A stretch of DNA of 32,000 nucleotides from Desulfocapsa sulfexigens DSM 10523 (lineage in GTDB: Bacteria > Desulfobacterota > Desulfobulbia > Desulfobulbales > Desulfocapsaceae), in contig NC_020304.1 in the NCBI RefSeq assembly GCF_000341395.1, positions 1,710,001 through 1,742,000 of the forward strand. The letters are read 5' to 3'. The position numbers and the translations under genes were made by a program. Positions 1 through 8,825 of this stretch are shown here, in pieces. A model generated the notes under the pieces. It saw nothing but the letters and a program-made list of their open reading frames with translations. It did not search any database and was not told the DNA's origin. The stretch's first letter is position 1, and every line of letters starts with the position of its first letter.

Positions 1-115
1 GATCTATAGCCTCATTTTTAAACGCTTGTTCATTATGCACTGTCTGCACAAAATCTATTTTTTCGTCAAGATCCAGTTCATTGTCAATGAACATACTGAT
101 CAGATAATCTTTCAT
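1..115 (-). CDS. Partial small ORF, putative anti-sigma factor partner of the ECF sigma (C-terminus outside window)
   Basis: Minus strand reads MKDYLISMFIDNELDLDEKIDFVQTVHNEQAFKNEAID..., open to the window edge. Its ATG overlaps the sigma factor stop (ATGA, 112-115). The N-terminal 'INDELDLDEK' style resembles anti-sigma factors. Confidence 0.55.
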   Translation of the reverse strand, partial: MKDYLISMFIDNELDLDEKIDFVQTVHNEQAFKNEAID

Positions 116-654
116 GTCTCACCTGTATGAAGAATTTTTTTCAACTTTTGCCGGCAGCGATGAATTCTAACTTTTATATTGCCCTCACTGGTACCTGTCA
201 ATTCGGCGATTTGGTGATAGGACAAACCACTACTTACAACGAGTGAAAGGAGATCAGCCTCATCCGGAGCAAGCTGCTGTATGGCATTCATCACTCTGCG
301 TGACTCCTCCCGTTCCATGTAGGCAGACTCTTCATCAGACCTTCCTTTATGCTTGTTTTCATCATACGGGATAATAATTCGCCGTTTGCGGCTGTTGTCG
401 TTGAGGAGATTACGACCAATGGTAAAAAGCAGCGATACACTGAGTTCCCGTTGAGCATATCGTTCCAGATACCTGGCAAAGCTCTCCTGCATGGTATCTG
501 CTGCCAGGTCGTAATCACCACTTCGGCAGAGAAGATACCAAAAAAAACGACCTTTATTGTCGTTATAAAACTCTCTAAACCTATTCACCTTGCTTGTATA
601 ACGTCCACCAATGTCAAAGGTTACAAAATTTTGAACCAAAAATTGAATGTACAA
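112..654 (-). CDS. ECF-type sigma-70 family RNA polymerase sigma factor
   Basis: Region 2-like 'DYDLAADTMQESFARYLER' and region 4-like 'LVVSSGLSYHQIAELTGTSEGNIKVRIHRCRQKLKKIL'. Confidence 0.88.
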   Translation of the reverse strand: MYIQFLVQNFVTFDIGGRYTSKVNRFREFYNDNKGRFFWYLLCRSGDYDLAADTMQESFARYLERYAQRELSVSLLFTIGRNLLNDNSRKRRIIIPYDENKHKGRSDEESAYMEREESRRVMNAIQQLAPDEADLLSLVVSSGLSYHQIAELTGTSEGNIKVRIHRCRQKLKKILHTGET

Positions 655-673
655 TAAGCTCTGGTCTTTTTAT

Positions 674-702
674 TTGACTTTTATGGTAATGATTATTAAA
701 AC
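674..702 (+). promoter_or_regulatory. Candidate sigma-70-like promoter for tpx
   Basis: TTGACT (674-679), 17-nt spacer, TAAAAC (697-702). The -10 is weak. Visual match only. Confidence 0.3.
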
Positions 703-727
703 TAGATTGAGTAACATGAAATTTATT

Positions 728-753
728 TATACTGAACGTGTCGGTTCAGTATA
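728..753. promoter_or_regulatory. Perfect 10-bp inverted repeat upstream of tpx (operator or 5'UTR hairpin)
   Basis: TATACTGAAC-gtgtcg-GTTCAGTATA; ends 29 nt before the tpx ATG at 783. Confidence 0.7.
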
Positions 754-782
754 CCATTTATCCTACTCTAAAAGGTGAAATC

Positions 783-1301
783 ATGAGTGAACGTATTGGA
801 GAAGCTACATTTTTAGGTAATCCTCTAACCTTAATTGGTACAGAGGTTAAAGTAGGAGATAAAGCACCTGATTTTACTCTCCTTAAGAATGATCTGTCAC
901 CAGCATCCCTGGCTGATTTTGCGGGTAAGGTGCTGATTATAACCCTGGTGCCTTCCCTGGATACGCCGGTTTGTGACACTGAGACCCGACGTTTCAACAG
1001 TGAGGCGGCTGCTCTTGGTACGGACGTTGCTATCCTTGCCGTCAGTATGGATCTTCCCTTTGCACAGGGGCGCTGGTGTGGGGCTGCAGGTGTGGAGGCG
1101 GTTCAGACCCTTTCCGATCACCGGGATGCATCCATGGGTGAGTCCTATGGTGCTTTGATTAAAGAGTTGCGTCTCCTCAGTCGTGTTGTTCTTGTGGTTG
1201 ACCGGGAAGGGACGGTCACCTACGTCCAGTATGTGAAAGAGATCAGTGAAGAGCCTGATTATGATGCTGCGCTTGTTGCAGCAAAGGCTGCTGTTGGTTA
1301 A
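783..1301 (+). CDS. tpx: Thiol peroxidase (Tpx, atypical 2-Cys peroxiredoxin)
   Basis: MSERIGEATFLGNPLTLIG..., peroxidatic 'PSLDTPVCDTETRRFN', second Cys in 'GRWCGAAGV'. Start set at the ATG at 783 after AAAAGGTGAAATC rather than the ORF-track start at 738. Confidence 0.95.
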   Translation: MSERIGEATFLGNPLTLIGTEVKVGDKAPDFTLLKNDLSPASLADFAGKVLIITLVPSLDTPVCDTETRRFNSEAAALGTDVAILAVSMDLPFAQGRWCGAAGVEAVQTLSDHRDASMGESYGALIKELRLLSRVVLVVDREGTVTYVQYVKEISEEPDYDAALVAAKAAVG

Positions 1302-1609
1302 TTCCTCTGTCTTGGAAGAAGACCTGTGGACACTTAAAGTGCCTTTGGGAGTTACGGGGCACTTTAAGCACAGTTCTCAATTTGAGTCACCGTAACTGGC
1401 CAAATTTAAAGGTTTTAGGCGTGGCGTGCGCCCTCTTTTCTTCTGGTGCACTGTCTGGCGAAAAGGATCTTATGCAAGACTCCTCCCCCCTCTCTTTATT
1501 TTGTTTTTGCATTTATCGGAATCAATTCATACAATGAATAAGTTGTGAAGGTTTTAGAATATTTTCTTAATATCTAGTATCCAGGCAGAATAAACAGGAG
1601 GTAGCGCCA

Positions 1610-2674
1610 ATGGATGTAGCCCAGTTAATCCCAACGCCCGATGTGCTCCAGGTTCCATGGGGCTGGTTTCAGGTTCTTCTCACCGTTACCTTTTTTCTTC
1701 ATCTGGTGGTGATGAATATCCTTCTTGGTTGTTCAGTTATTGTTTTTTTCAGACATGCCACAGGGAAGTCGACGGATATCAATAAGCGTATTTCCGGAAA
1801 ACTTCCCCTCACTGTCGCCTTTGCCGTGAACTTTGGTGTTGCACCGCTTCTCTTTGTTCAGGTCCTTTATGGCCATTTTATTTATGCAAGCTCAGTTCTG
1901 ATGGCCATTTACTGGTTGTCCATTTTCGTATTGTTGATATTGGCCTATTATGGCACATATATCTATAGCCTGAACTTTGATCGCTTGACTGGCTTCCGCA
2001 CTGTTCTCACCGGATTTATAGCAGGAATTCTTTTGGTAGTATCCTTTATCTTTACTTCCAATATGTCCCTTATGACAAATGTTGAGGCATGGCCTGCCTA
2101 CTTCAGTAATGCCCAAGGAACTCTCTTGATATTTTCTGACCCAAGTCTGGTGCCTCGTTTCCTGCACTCTGTGTTGGGCGCAGTCGCTGTGGGTGGTCTG
2201 TCAATTGGACTCTATTATGATTTAAAAAAACGTAAAGGAGAAGCTGGTGCAGAGGAGGGGGTAGCCGTCGGGATGAACTGGTTTGCGGGAGCAACGATGC
2301 TTAATGTCGGCATCGGTTCCTGGTACTGGGGAACTCTTCCGGCATCTGTCCGATCACTGGGGGGAGATGGCGGCGCTTTTTTTCTTATTTTTATTATTCT
2401 GGGGATCATTGCCGCAATATTCTCATTGATATATGGGATGAGACATGAGGTCCGCCTGGCAGTGTATTATCTTATGGGGTCACTTTTCTGTATGACACTG
2501 GTACGTGAATTTGCGCGACGACTTACCCTGGCACCCTGGTTTAAGACATCTGATCTTGAAGTTGTTCCTCAGTATTCACCGCTTATTGTTTTCCTGCTTG
2601 TCTTTGCAGGAGGATTGGCCTGTGTCTGGTACATGATTCGACTGGTTCTTACCGATAAGGAGGCACGCTCATGA
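1610..2674 (+). CDS. Polytopic membrane protein, cytochrome-bd-like/quinol oxidase-like subunit
   Basis: 354 aa with many TM segments, preceded by GGAGG. Overlaps the start of the next gene by 4 nt (ATGA). Confidence 0.6.
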   Translation: MDVAQLIPTPDVLQVPWGWFQVLLTVTFFLHLVVMNILLGCSVIVFFRHATGKSTDINKRISGKLPLTVAFAVNFGVAPLLFVQVLYGHFIYASSVLMAIYWLSIFVLLILAYYGTYIYSLNFDRLTGFRTVLTGFIAGILLVVSFIFTSNMSLMTNVEAWPAYFSNAQGTLLIFSDPSLVPRFLHSVLGAVAVGGLSIGLYYDLKKRKGEAGAEEGVAVGMNWFAGATMLNVGIGSWYWGTLPASVRSLGGDGGAFFLIFIILGIIAAIFSLIYGMRHEVRLAVYYLMGSLFCMTLVREFARRLTLAPWFKTSDLEVVPQYSPLIVFLLVFAGGLACVWYMIRLVLTDKEARS

Positions 2675-5208
2675 ATTATCCGGTATGGCTACTCGATGCC
2701 TTTGGTGGTGGTACGCTTATTGCTCTTATTGCTGTTGTCCACGTGTATGTGGCGCATTTTGCAGTGGGTGGCGGACTTTTTCTTGTTCTCACCGAGCTGA
2801 AGGGTTTGCGTGAAAATTCTCCTGCAATTCTTGAATACACTAAGAAACATTCCAGAGTTTTTCTGTTGGTTTCCATGGTATTTGGTGGGCTTACAGGCGT
2901 TGCAATCTGGTTTACCATTGCACTTCTTAGTCCCGCTGCAACCTCTTCGCTTATTCATATTTTTGTCTTTGGCTGGGCCACCGAATGGGTATTTTTTTTC
3001 GGTGAAATTGTTTCCCTGCTGCTCTATTATTATTATTTCAACAAGATCAGTTCCAGAAATCATCTGATTCTTGGATGGATTTATTTTGGCTGTGCCTGGA
3101 TGTCCCTTTTTGTCATTAACGGTGTAATTGATTTTATGCTCACTCCAGGTGAGTGGCTGAATAATGGGAATTTCTGGTCGGGATTTTTCAACCCAACCTT
3201 CTGGCCGGCACTCTTTTTCAGAACCTTTCTGGCACTGATGATTGCCGGACTGTTTGGTTTTATTACCAGTGTGAATCTGAAAGATCCGGAAATGCGGCAT
3301 AAAATGGTGCGCTACTGCGGTCTCTGGCTTATGGCTCCCCTTGTTCTGCTCCTGGCGTCTGCCATGTGGTATAAAGCGGCCCTGCCACCTGCTCAGCAGG
3401 AGATGATTTTCGTCAAGTCACCAGAGATGAAACCCTTTCTCTCCGGGTTTGTCTTTCTTTCACCAATACTCTTTGCGGGCGGCCTGATTCTTGCTGCTTT
3501 TCGTCCTCAGGCGGTGCGTCGTCCAGTAGCCTGGGTTCTGCTCCTTCTGGGACTTCTCTATATGGGAAGCTTTGAGTTTATACGTGAAGGTGGCCGCAGG
3601 CCCTTTATCATTCACAACTATATGTACTCGACCGCTATTCTGAAGGCTGATATGCCGGAAGTTCAGAAAAAGGGTGTTTTGCAAAGTGCTCGTTGGGTAG
3701 AAAACAAAATTATTACTCCCGAGAACAGGATGGCCGCCGGTGCGGAACTGAACAAGATTCTTTGTCTCCCCTGCCATTCAACGGGCGGGCCTCTTAATGA
3801 TATCCTTCCCCTTGCCAGACGTTTTACGCCCCAGGGTATGGAAGCTTTTATTTTAAGCATGGGAACTGCAAATCCTTATATGCCACCTTTTGCAGGCAAC
3901 AGTGAGGAAGCTGCGGTTCTTGCCGAATATCTTACCGCTGGTTTGATCCCCGGTTTTCTTCCCACGGCTCCGAAAATCACTCCAGTGGCTGTGACTCCGT
4001 CACCATTTGATCCTGAAACCTCCGAATATGTATTGCTTGGGGGTGCCACACTGGGCAATATCCTCTATTCTGAGCCTGAAGAATCCGGGATTGATCTCTC
4101 CTATGGTGCTCCTGTCCTTCGCGCGCAACTGTTTTTCCGTGATGCAAGCCCCAGTCTGATTATGGAAAATACCACCGTTCGCTATACGATAGAGACCGGA
4201 AAAGGTGTGGTTGAAGGAGCAATGGAGGCGCAGGATGGATATTTTGAAACAGCACTTGCTGAAATCCCAACTCCATTGAAACCCTACCAGCCATTTTTTA
4301 TTGCTCAGCTTGAGGCAACGGTGGACGGAAAGGTTGTTGCGACGACTCAGGCTAAAATTGGTGTTGCAACGGAGTTTGGCTGTCGAAATTGTCACGGTGG
4401 AAAATGGCGTCAGGGTGGGCGAAGCGGTATGTCCAGAGAGACTGCTTCCGGTATTCTTGCATCCCATGACAGAAAGAGTAATACCAACTTAAGTGCAGAT
4501 TTCGCCGATGGGAAAACAGTGGTCTGTTCGTCATGTCACGGTGATTTCAGTCGTGGAACAGAGAGTAAACCTGGACTGTTAAGCCTCTCCGCATCCATAC
4601 ACGGCTATCATGCTGGATTTCTGGTTGAGGAGGGGGGGAATAGTTGTGTGCTCTGTCACTCATCAAGTGATACCGGCGCCAGTCACTCCTATGATGGTAT
4701 TCACAAACAGCTGGACCTTTCCTGCAGCAATTGTCATGGTATTCTGGCTGATCATGCCGCAAGTCTCCTGAAACAGGAAGGTGATACCGGTCAGGCGAAG
4801 AGCCTTCTCTCGCTTCTTGAGAGCAAAGGAGAGACTGTGATTGCCGAGGTGAATCCTCGCAGTCCATGGATAATGGAACCAGATTGTCTAACCTGTCATG
4901 TTGATTTTCATCCTCCTGAAACCGATACTGCCTTTAATACCTGGACTGAAGATGGAACAGGTTTGTTTCACAACCGTATGGGCGAGGCTGCTGTGGTTTT
5001 ATGCAGTTCCTGCCACGGTCAACCACATTCTCTTTATCCGTCTGTAAATGCCTATGGGAAGGTGATTGGTACACTGCAGCCGATGCAGTATCAAAACAGC
5101 CCCTATCCCATTGCGGCAGATAAGGGATGTGCCGTATGCCATACAATGGAGATGGAAGATGAGATGCACCACCCCGGCTCAAATGCAATGTTTAGAAATC
5201 GGGAATAG
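2671..5208 (+). CDS. CydA-like membrane cytochrome subunit fused to a c-type multihaem domain (8 CxxCH)
   Basis: N-terminal membrane region resembles cytochrome bd subunit I. CxxCH motifs: CLPCH, CRNCH, CSSCH, CVLCH, CSNCH, CLTCH, CSSCH, CAVCH. Confidence 0.75.
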   Translation: MNYPVWLLDAFGGGTLIALIAVVHVYVAHFAVGGGLFLVLTELKGLRENSPAILEYTKKHSRVFLLVSMVFGGLTGVAIWFTIALLSPAATSSLIHIFVFGWATEWVFFFGEIVSLLLYYYYFNKISSRNHLILGWIYFGCAWMSLFVINGVIDFMLTPGEWLNNGNFWSGFFNPTFWPALFFRTFLALMIAGLFGFITSVNLKDPEMRHKMVRYCGLWLMAPLVLLLASAMWYKAALPPAQQEMIFVKSPEMKPFLSGFVFLSPILFAGGLILAAFRPQAVRRPVAWVLLLLGLLYMGSFEFIREGGRRPFIIHNYMYSTAILKADMPEVQKKGVLQSARWVENKIITPENRMAAGAELNKILCLPCHSTGGPLNDILPLARRFTPQGMEAFILSMGTANPYMPPFAGNSEEAAVLAEYLTAGLIPGFLPTAPKITPVAVTPSPFDPETSEYVLLGGATLGNILYSEPEESGIDLSYGAPVLRAQLFFRDASPSLIMENTTVRYTIETGKGVVEGAMEAQDGYFETALAEIPTPLKPYQPFFIAQLEATVDGKVVATTQAKIGVATEFGCRNCHGGKWRQGGRSGMSRETASGILASHDRKSNTNLSADFADGKTVVCSSCHGDFSRGTESKPGLLSLSASIHGYHAGFLVEEGGNSCVLCHSSSDTGASHSYDGIHKQLDLSCSNCHGILADHAASLLKQEGDTGQAKSLLSLLESKGETVIAEVNPRSPWIMEPDCLTCHVDFHPPETDTAFNTWTEDGTGLFHNRMGEAAVVLCSSCHGQPHSLYPSVNAYGKVIGTLQPMQYQNSPYPIAADKGCAVCHTMEMEDEMHHPGSNAMFRNRE

Positions 5209-5230
5209 CCCAAAACTTTTCATCTGAGCT

Positions 5231-5266
5231 AATAGGCTCCTGGAGAGTGTTCTCCTGGAGCCTATT
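5231..5266 (+). terminator. Hairpin, probable terminator of the bd-like operon
   Basis: AATAGGCTCC-T-GGAGA-gtgt-TCTCC-T-GGAGCCTATT: 15 paired bases per arm around one T:T mismatch. The T-tract after it is weak (GGTGTTTTGG). Confidence 0.6.
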
Positions 5267-5313
5267 GGTGTTTTGGGGTAGTAAAAAGGCGCGTACAGGG
5301 GGACCACGGCAGG

Positions 5314-5697
5314 ATGGATAATAGTGATGATAAAGAAATTCTGCAGGCTTTTGTCGATCAGCTGGAAGTCTGGGGCTGTCAGGTATTGCGAGCTATAAAT
5401 CGCAGCAATCCATATCGTGGTGGATTTTCAATTCTCTTCCGTTGTGATGCTGCCACAGCCCGGGCAATTGCAGATCTTGGAATTGCCCAAATTCTCCTTG
5501 ATGTCAGAGCTGACACCTACCTGCTGCGTCTTCCTGAAGTTAATATTGATGCCACCCCGGAACCCCACCCCGCAATTCTTTCCTGGAATGAGGTCACAAA
5601 ACAGAAAAAACTAATGGAATTGCTGGCTCTTTGGAAGAATAGTGGAGATATCCTGGAGAAGCGCAGGCGCAAGTTAGGGATGTTTTACAAAGAATAA
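5314..5697 (+). CDS. Hypothetical protein
   Basis: 127-aa ORF with ordinary amino-acid composition and no family recognised. Confidence 0.6.
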   Translation: MDNSDDKEILQAFVDQLEVWGCQVLRAINRSNPYRGGFSILFRCDAATARAIADLGIAQILLDVRADTYLLRLPEVNIDATPEPHPAILSWNEVTKQKKLMELLALWKNSGDILEKRRRKLGMFYKE

Positions 5698-5992
5698 TTG
5701 CTGGGGCCTATGCGGTGGGGGAGTTGGCAGTAGTAGAGACCAAAAATTATTTACCTATGGCTTGTTCAATTTTTCAGGGCCTCTTCTCTTTTTTTGGAAA
5801 AGTACCAGCTAAGAGGCCGAACCTAAAGCTACAACCGCGAGCATCTACTGACCATCCATCCAGTTGGTATCAAAATTTGTTTTGTTTTTTTTTGCATCTA
5901 CTCAGTATTCCAAATCTTTTTCTCATTTCTTTCTAATCAAATTGAAATGCCGAATTAATCCTATCCTAACAATCCCCCTGTAAGTTCCATTT

Positions 5993-6022
5993 CTGATTCA
6001 TGGTTCGATTATTTCGAATCAG
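5993..6022. promoter_or_regulatory. Dyad upstream of phnC (possible operator)
   Basis: CTGATTC (5993-5999) with GAATCAG (6016-6022), and nested TTCGA-ttatt-TCGAA (6004-6018). Confidence 0.35.
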
Positions 6023-6035
6023 TTTTCTCCTTCTG

Positions 6036-6075
6036 ACCGGCCGGGCGGAAATCCTGATTTTACCGTCTGGCCGGT
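6036..6075 (+). promoter_or_regulatory. Strong GC-rich hairpin in the phnC leader
   Basis: ACCGGCCGGGCGG pairs with CCGTCTGGCCGGT (13 bp including 2 G:U) around AAATCCTGATTTTA. Ends 26 nt before the phnC ATG. Confidence 0.65.
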
Positions 6076-6101
6076 TACTCTTTAAATAAAGGAAAATACC
6101 A

Positions 6102-6947
6102 ATGATATCTCTTCAGTCAGTGAACCTGGGTTACTCGAATATTCCTATTCTCAAAAATCTCACTCTCCATGTGGGGAAAGGGGAATTTCTGGGGGTGATA
6201 GGACTATCTGGTGCTGGTAAATCCACACTCCTTATGTCAATTATCGGAAATATTCGGGTTCTTCAGGGTAACTATCAGGTCTTTGGCTATGACCTTTCTT
6301 CAATAAGCAAACGGGAACTACGGCTGTTGCGTTCTCAGATAGGCTTTATCTTCCAGGGGTATAACCTTGTTAATCGACTTTCAGTTCTCCATAATGTGAT
6401 GTGCGGTATGCTGAAGGATCTCCCCATGGGGCGTTCGCTGATCAAGCTTTATAGTGGTGAAGAGTTGGAAAAGGCCCATGAATATATGCAGATCGTCGGC
6501 ATTGAACAGTTGGCTATGAAACGCTGTGATGAGCTTTCAGGCGGGCAACGGCAGCGGGTAGCTATTGCCAGAGCACTTGCACAGGAGCCGAAAGTCCTGC
6601 TGGCTGATGAGCCAGTTGCTGCTCTTGATCCCAAAAGTGCGGTCCAGGTGATGGATGTTCTACGCAAGGTAAATGAGACTTATGGGGTAACGATCATCAG
6701 TAATCTCCATCATCTGGATTTCGCACGCGAATATTGTGATCGCATTGTCGGGGTGGCTTCGGGATCTATTTCCTATGATGGTTCAACCCATGCACTGCAA
6801 GGAAGTACCCTGGAAGCAATCTATGACAACAACAGGCCCATGGGGGGTGAGTTCGACATAGCTTCAATTGTGGACAAAACGCATGGTGGAGTGCAAAGCA
6901 GCCCATGGGAGGAAGAGCGTTTCGCTAAAGTACCAGTAGCCGCATAA
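6102..6947 (+). CDS. phnC: Phosphonate ABC transporter ATP-binding protein
   Basis: Walker A 'GLSGAGKST', signature 'LSGGQRQRVAIARAL', Walker B 'VLLADEP'; followed by phnD and phnE. Confidence 0.95.
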   Translation: MISLQSVNLGYSNIPILKNLTLHVGKGEFLGVIGLSGAGKSTLLMSIIGNIRVLQGNYQVFGYDLSSISKRELRLLRSQIGFIFQGYNLVNRLSVLHNVMCGMLKDLPMGRSLIKLYSGEELEKAHEYMQIVGIEQLAMKRCDELSGGQRQRVAIARALAQEPKVLLADEPVAALDPKSAVQVMDVLRKVNETYGVTIISNLHHLDFAREYCDRIVGVASGSISYDGSTHALQGSTLEAIYDNNRPMGGEFDIASIVDKTHGGVQSSPWEEERFAKVPVAA

Positions 6948-6984
6948 CGCGGAAAGAATAACAATACAAAGAGGAAACAGGAAA

Positions 6985-7860
6985 ATGAAAAGATTAATAA
7001 TGACTGTGATGGTGCTCTTTACCCTTGCAACGCTGACGACTGCATCTGCCGCGGTAAAAGAGGGATGGCCGGAAACCCTTACCTATGGGGTCATACCGGT
7101 TGCCTCGTCCCGTAATATGTCAGACAGCTTCGGGGGCCTGGTTCAGCATCTGGAAAAAGAGCTGGGCATTAAAGTCAAACTGCAGGTGGCAGGAGACTAT
7201 GCCGGAGTTATAACCGGAATGCAGCATGGTCATATCGACCTTGCCTACCTTGGTCCCAAGTCCTACTGCGAAGCCGCCATACGTGCGGGTGCCGAAGCCT
7301 TGGTGGTTGAAGTAGGGCAGAGCGGTGTGGCCGGTTATCACGGGTATATTATTACCAAGGCAGGTTCTGGACTGAACAGCCTTGATGACCTGAAAGGAAA
7401 AAAGTGGGCCTTCACCGATCCTCACTCGACCTCCGGCACCCTGGTGCCCACTGTTTACTTCAATAACATTAACATCAGTCCAGAGAAGTACTTTGGCAAA
7501 GTCATTTACTCAGGAAGTCACGAGGCCTCCATTCTGTCTGTTAAAGCTGGCAAGGTTGATGGTGCCTCCACAAATGACCTCGATTTTGATCGTGGCCTGG
7601 GTACCCACTGGAACAAGGATGACTTTAACATTATCTGGACATCCGACCTCATCCCCGGTTCCCCCATGGCGGCACGCGCTGACCTGCCGGCTTCTTTGAA
7701 GCAGGCCATTCAGGAGGCCTTTATCTCCTATCAGGATAAAGACGGCCTGGAGAAATTGAAGATCTCAGGTTTCCAGAAAGCTGACGACAAGCTCTACGAT
7801 GGAATCAGGGAACTGATAGCTCTGAAAAAGGCATTGAAGGAACGGGTTGCAAATAAGTAA
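6985..7860 (+). CDS. phnD: Phosphonate ABC transporter substrate-binding protein
   Basis: Signal peptide; 'LTYGVIPVASSRNMSDSFGGLVQHLEKELGIKVKL', 'IDLAYLGPKSY', 'FTDPHSTSGTLVPTVYF'. Confidence 0.94.
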   Translation: MKRLIMTVMVLFTLATLTTASAAVKEGWPETLTYGVIPVASSRNMSDSFGGLVQHLEKELGIKVKLQVAGDYAGVITGMQHGHIDLAYLGPKSYCEAAIRAGAEALVVEVGQSGVAGYHGYIITKAGSGLNSLDDLKGKKWAFTDPHSTSGTLVPTVYFNNINISPEKYFGKVIYSGSHEASILSVKAGKVDGASTNDLDFDRGLGTHWNKDDFNIIWTSDLIPGSPMAARADLPASLKQAIQEAFISYQDKDGLEKLKISGFQKADDKLYDGIRELIALKKALKERVANK

Positions 7861-7871
7861 CAGACCTTCTC

Positions 7872-7914
7872 CTCTGCCATGCTCTGTGGATTTACCCTCC
7901 GGAGTATGGCAGAG
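7872..7914 (+). promoter_or_regulatory. Intercistronic hairpin between phnD and phnE
   Basis: CTCTGCCATGCTC (7872-7884) pairs with GAGTATGGCAGAG (7902-7914): 13 bp including one G:U. Confidence 0.6.
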
Positions 7915-7940
7915 TTACTATCCTCTGACACCTGAGCATT

Positions 7941-8813
7941 ATGACATCACTACAAATCACACCGGAGTATTTACAGAAAAAATCATCTCCGTTCCAGTGG
8001 CAAAATCTTCTCATCCTAGTGCTGATAAGTGCTGTATATTCAACAAGCTGGTTGAACACCGAGATGAGTGTCGGTTCACTGATTGACGGTTGGAGTCACA
8101 TGCAGTCCTACATTGTCGGCAATCCTGATATAGAGGGATCCAGTTTTTTTCCACCCTCCTTTATCGTCTATGATATCAGGCTTTACCTCAAGGCCATGCT
8201 TGAGACCATAGAAATGGCAGTGGTAGCCCTCTTTATTTCCATTGCCGTCGGCTTTCCTCTGTCGCTTCTGGCCTCACGAAATATTTTGAAAATTCTTATC
8301 CCGGGAAGAGGTATCCTGGCCAGGGGGTTGCGGCGGATTCTTTACACCATCGCCATGTTGGTGGCCAATGTCTTCCGTTCTATTAACGAAATCGTCTGGG
8401 CCCTGCTCTTTGTGTCGGCCGTGGGACTGGGACCGATGGCTGGTATTCTGGCCCTTGGTGTCCATACCGCAGGCGTGCTCTGTAAACTCCTTGCCGAGGG
8501 AAATGAGGCCATTGATCCCGGGCCGGTTGAGGCACTGACTGCTACGGGAGCGAGTTTCCCGAAAATTATTGTCTATGCCGTACTACCGCAGACCATGCCT
8601 CATTTTATTTCCATGGTCCTCTATCGTTTTGAATCGGATGTGCGCAGTGCTTCCATTCTCGGGTTTGTTGGAGCCGGGGGCATAGGATTCTATCTCTTTG
8701 ATAAAGTACGTGCCTTTGAGAATGCGGATGTGACAACCATTATTATCATTATTGTGCTCACAGTGTGGTTGATCGATAAGCTCAGTGCCGGAATCAGGGC
8801 AAAATTTATTTGA
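7941..8813 (+). CDS. phnE: Phosphonate ABC transporter permease
   Basis: Permease EAA-type loop 'EALTATGASFPKIIVYAVLPQTMPHFISMVLYRFESDVRSASILGFVGAGGIG'. Confidence 0.94.
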   Translation: MTSLQITPEYLQKKSSPFQWQNLLILVLISAVYSTSWLNTEMSVGSLIDGWSHMQSYIVGNPDIEGSSFFPPSFIVYDIRLYLKAMLETIEMAVVALFISIAVGFPLSLLASRNILKILIPGRGILARGLRRILYTIAMLVANVFRSINEIVWALLFVSAVGLGPMAGILALGVHTAGVLCKLLAEGNEAIDPGPVEALTATGASFPKIIVYAVLPQTMPHFISMVLYRFESDVRSASILGFVGAGGIGFYLFDKVRAFENADVTTIIIIIVLTVWLIDKLSAGIRAKFI

Positions 8814-8825
8814 GGAGTCTGGAAA

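Noticed and set aside
2689-3300. 203-aa minus-strand ORF
   Set aside because: Antisense to the CydA-like gene; low-complexity, basic and Asn/Lys-rich translation typical of a shadow ORF.
5780-5900. Possible small RNA or extra gene upstream of phnC
   Set aside because: The region is T-rich with no convincing stem plus T-tract and no supported ORF; only the 5993-6075 structures were kept.
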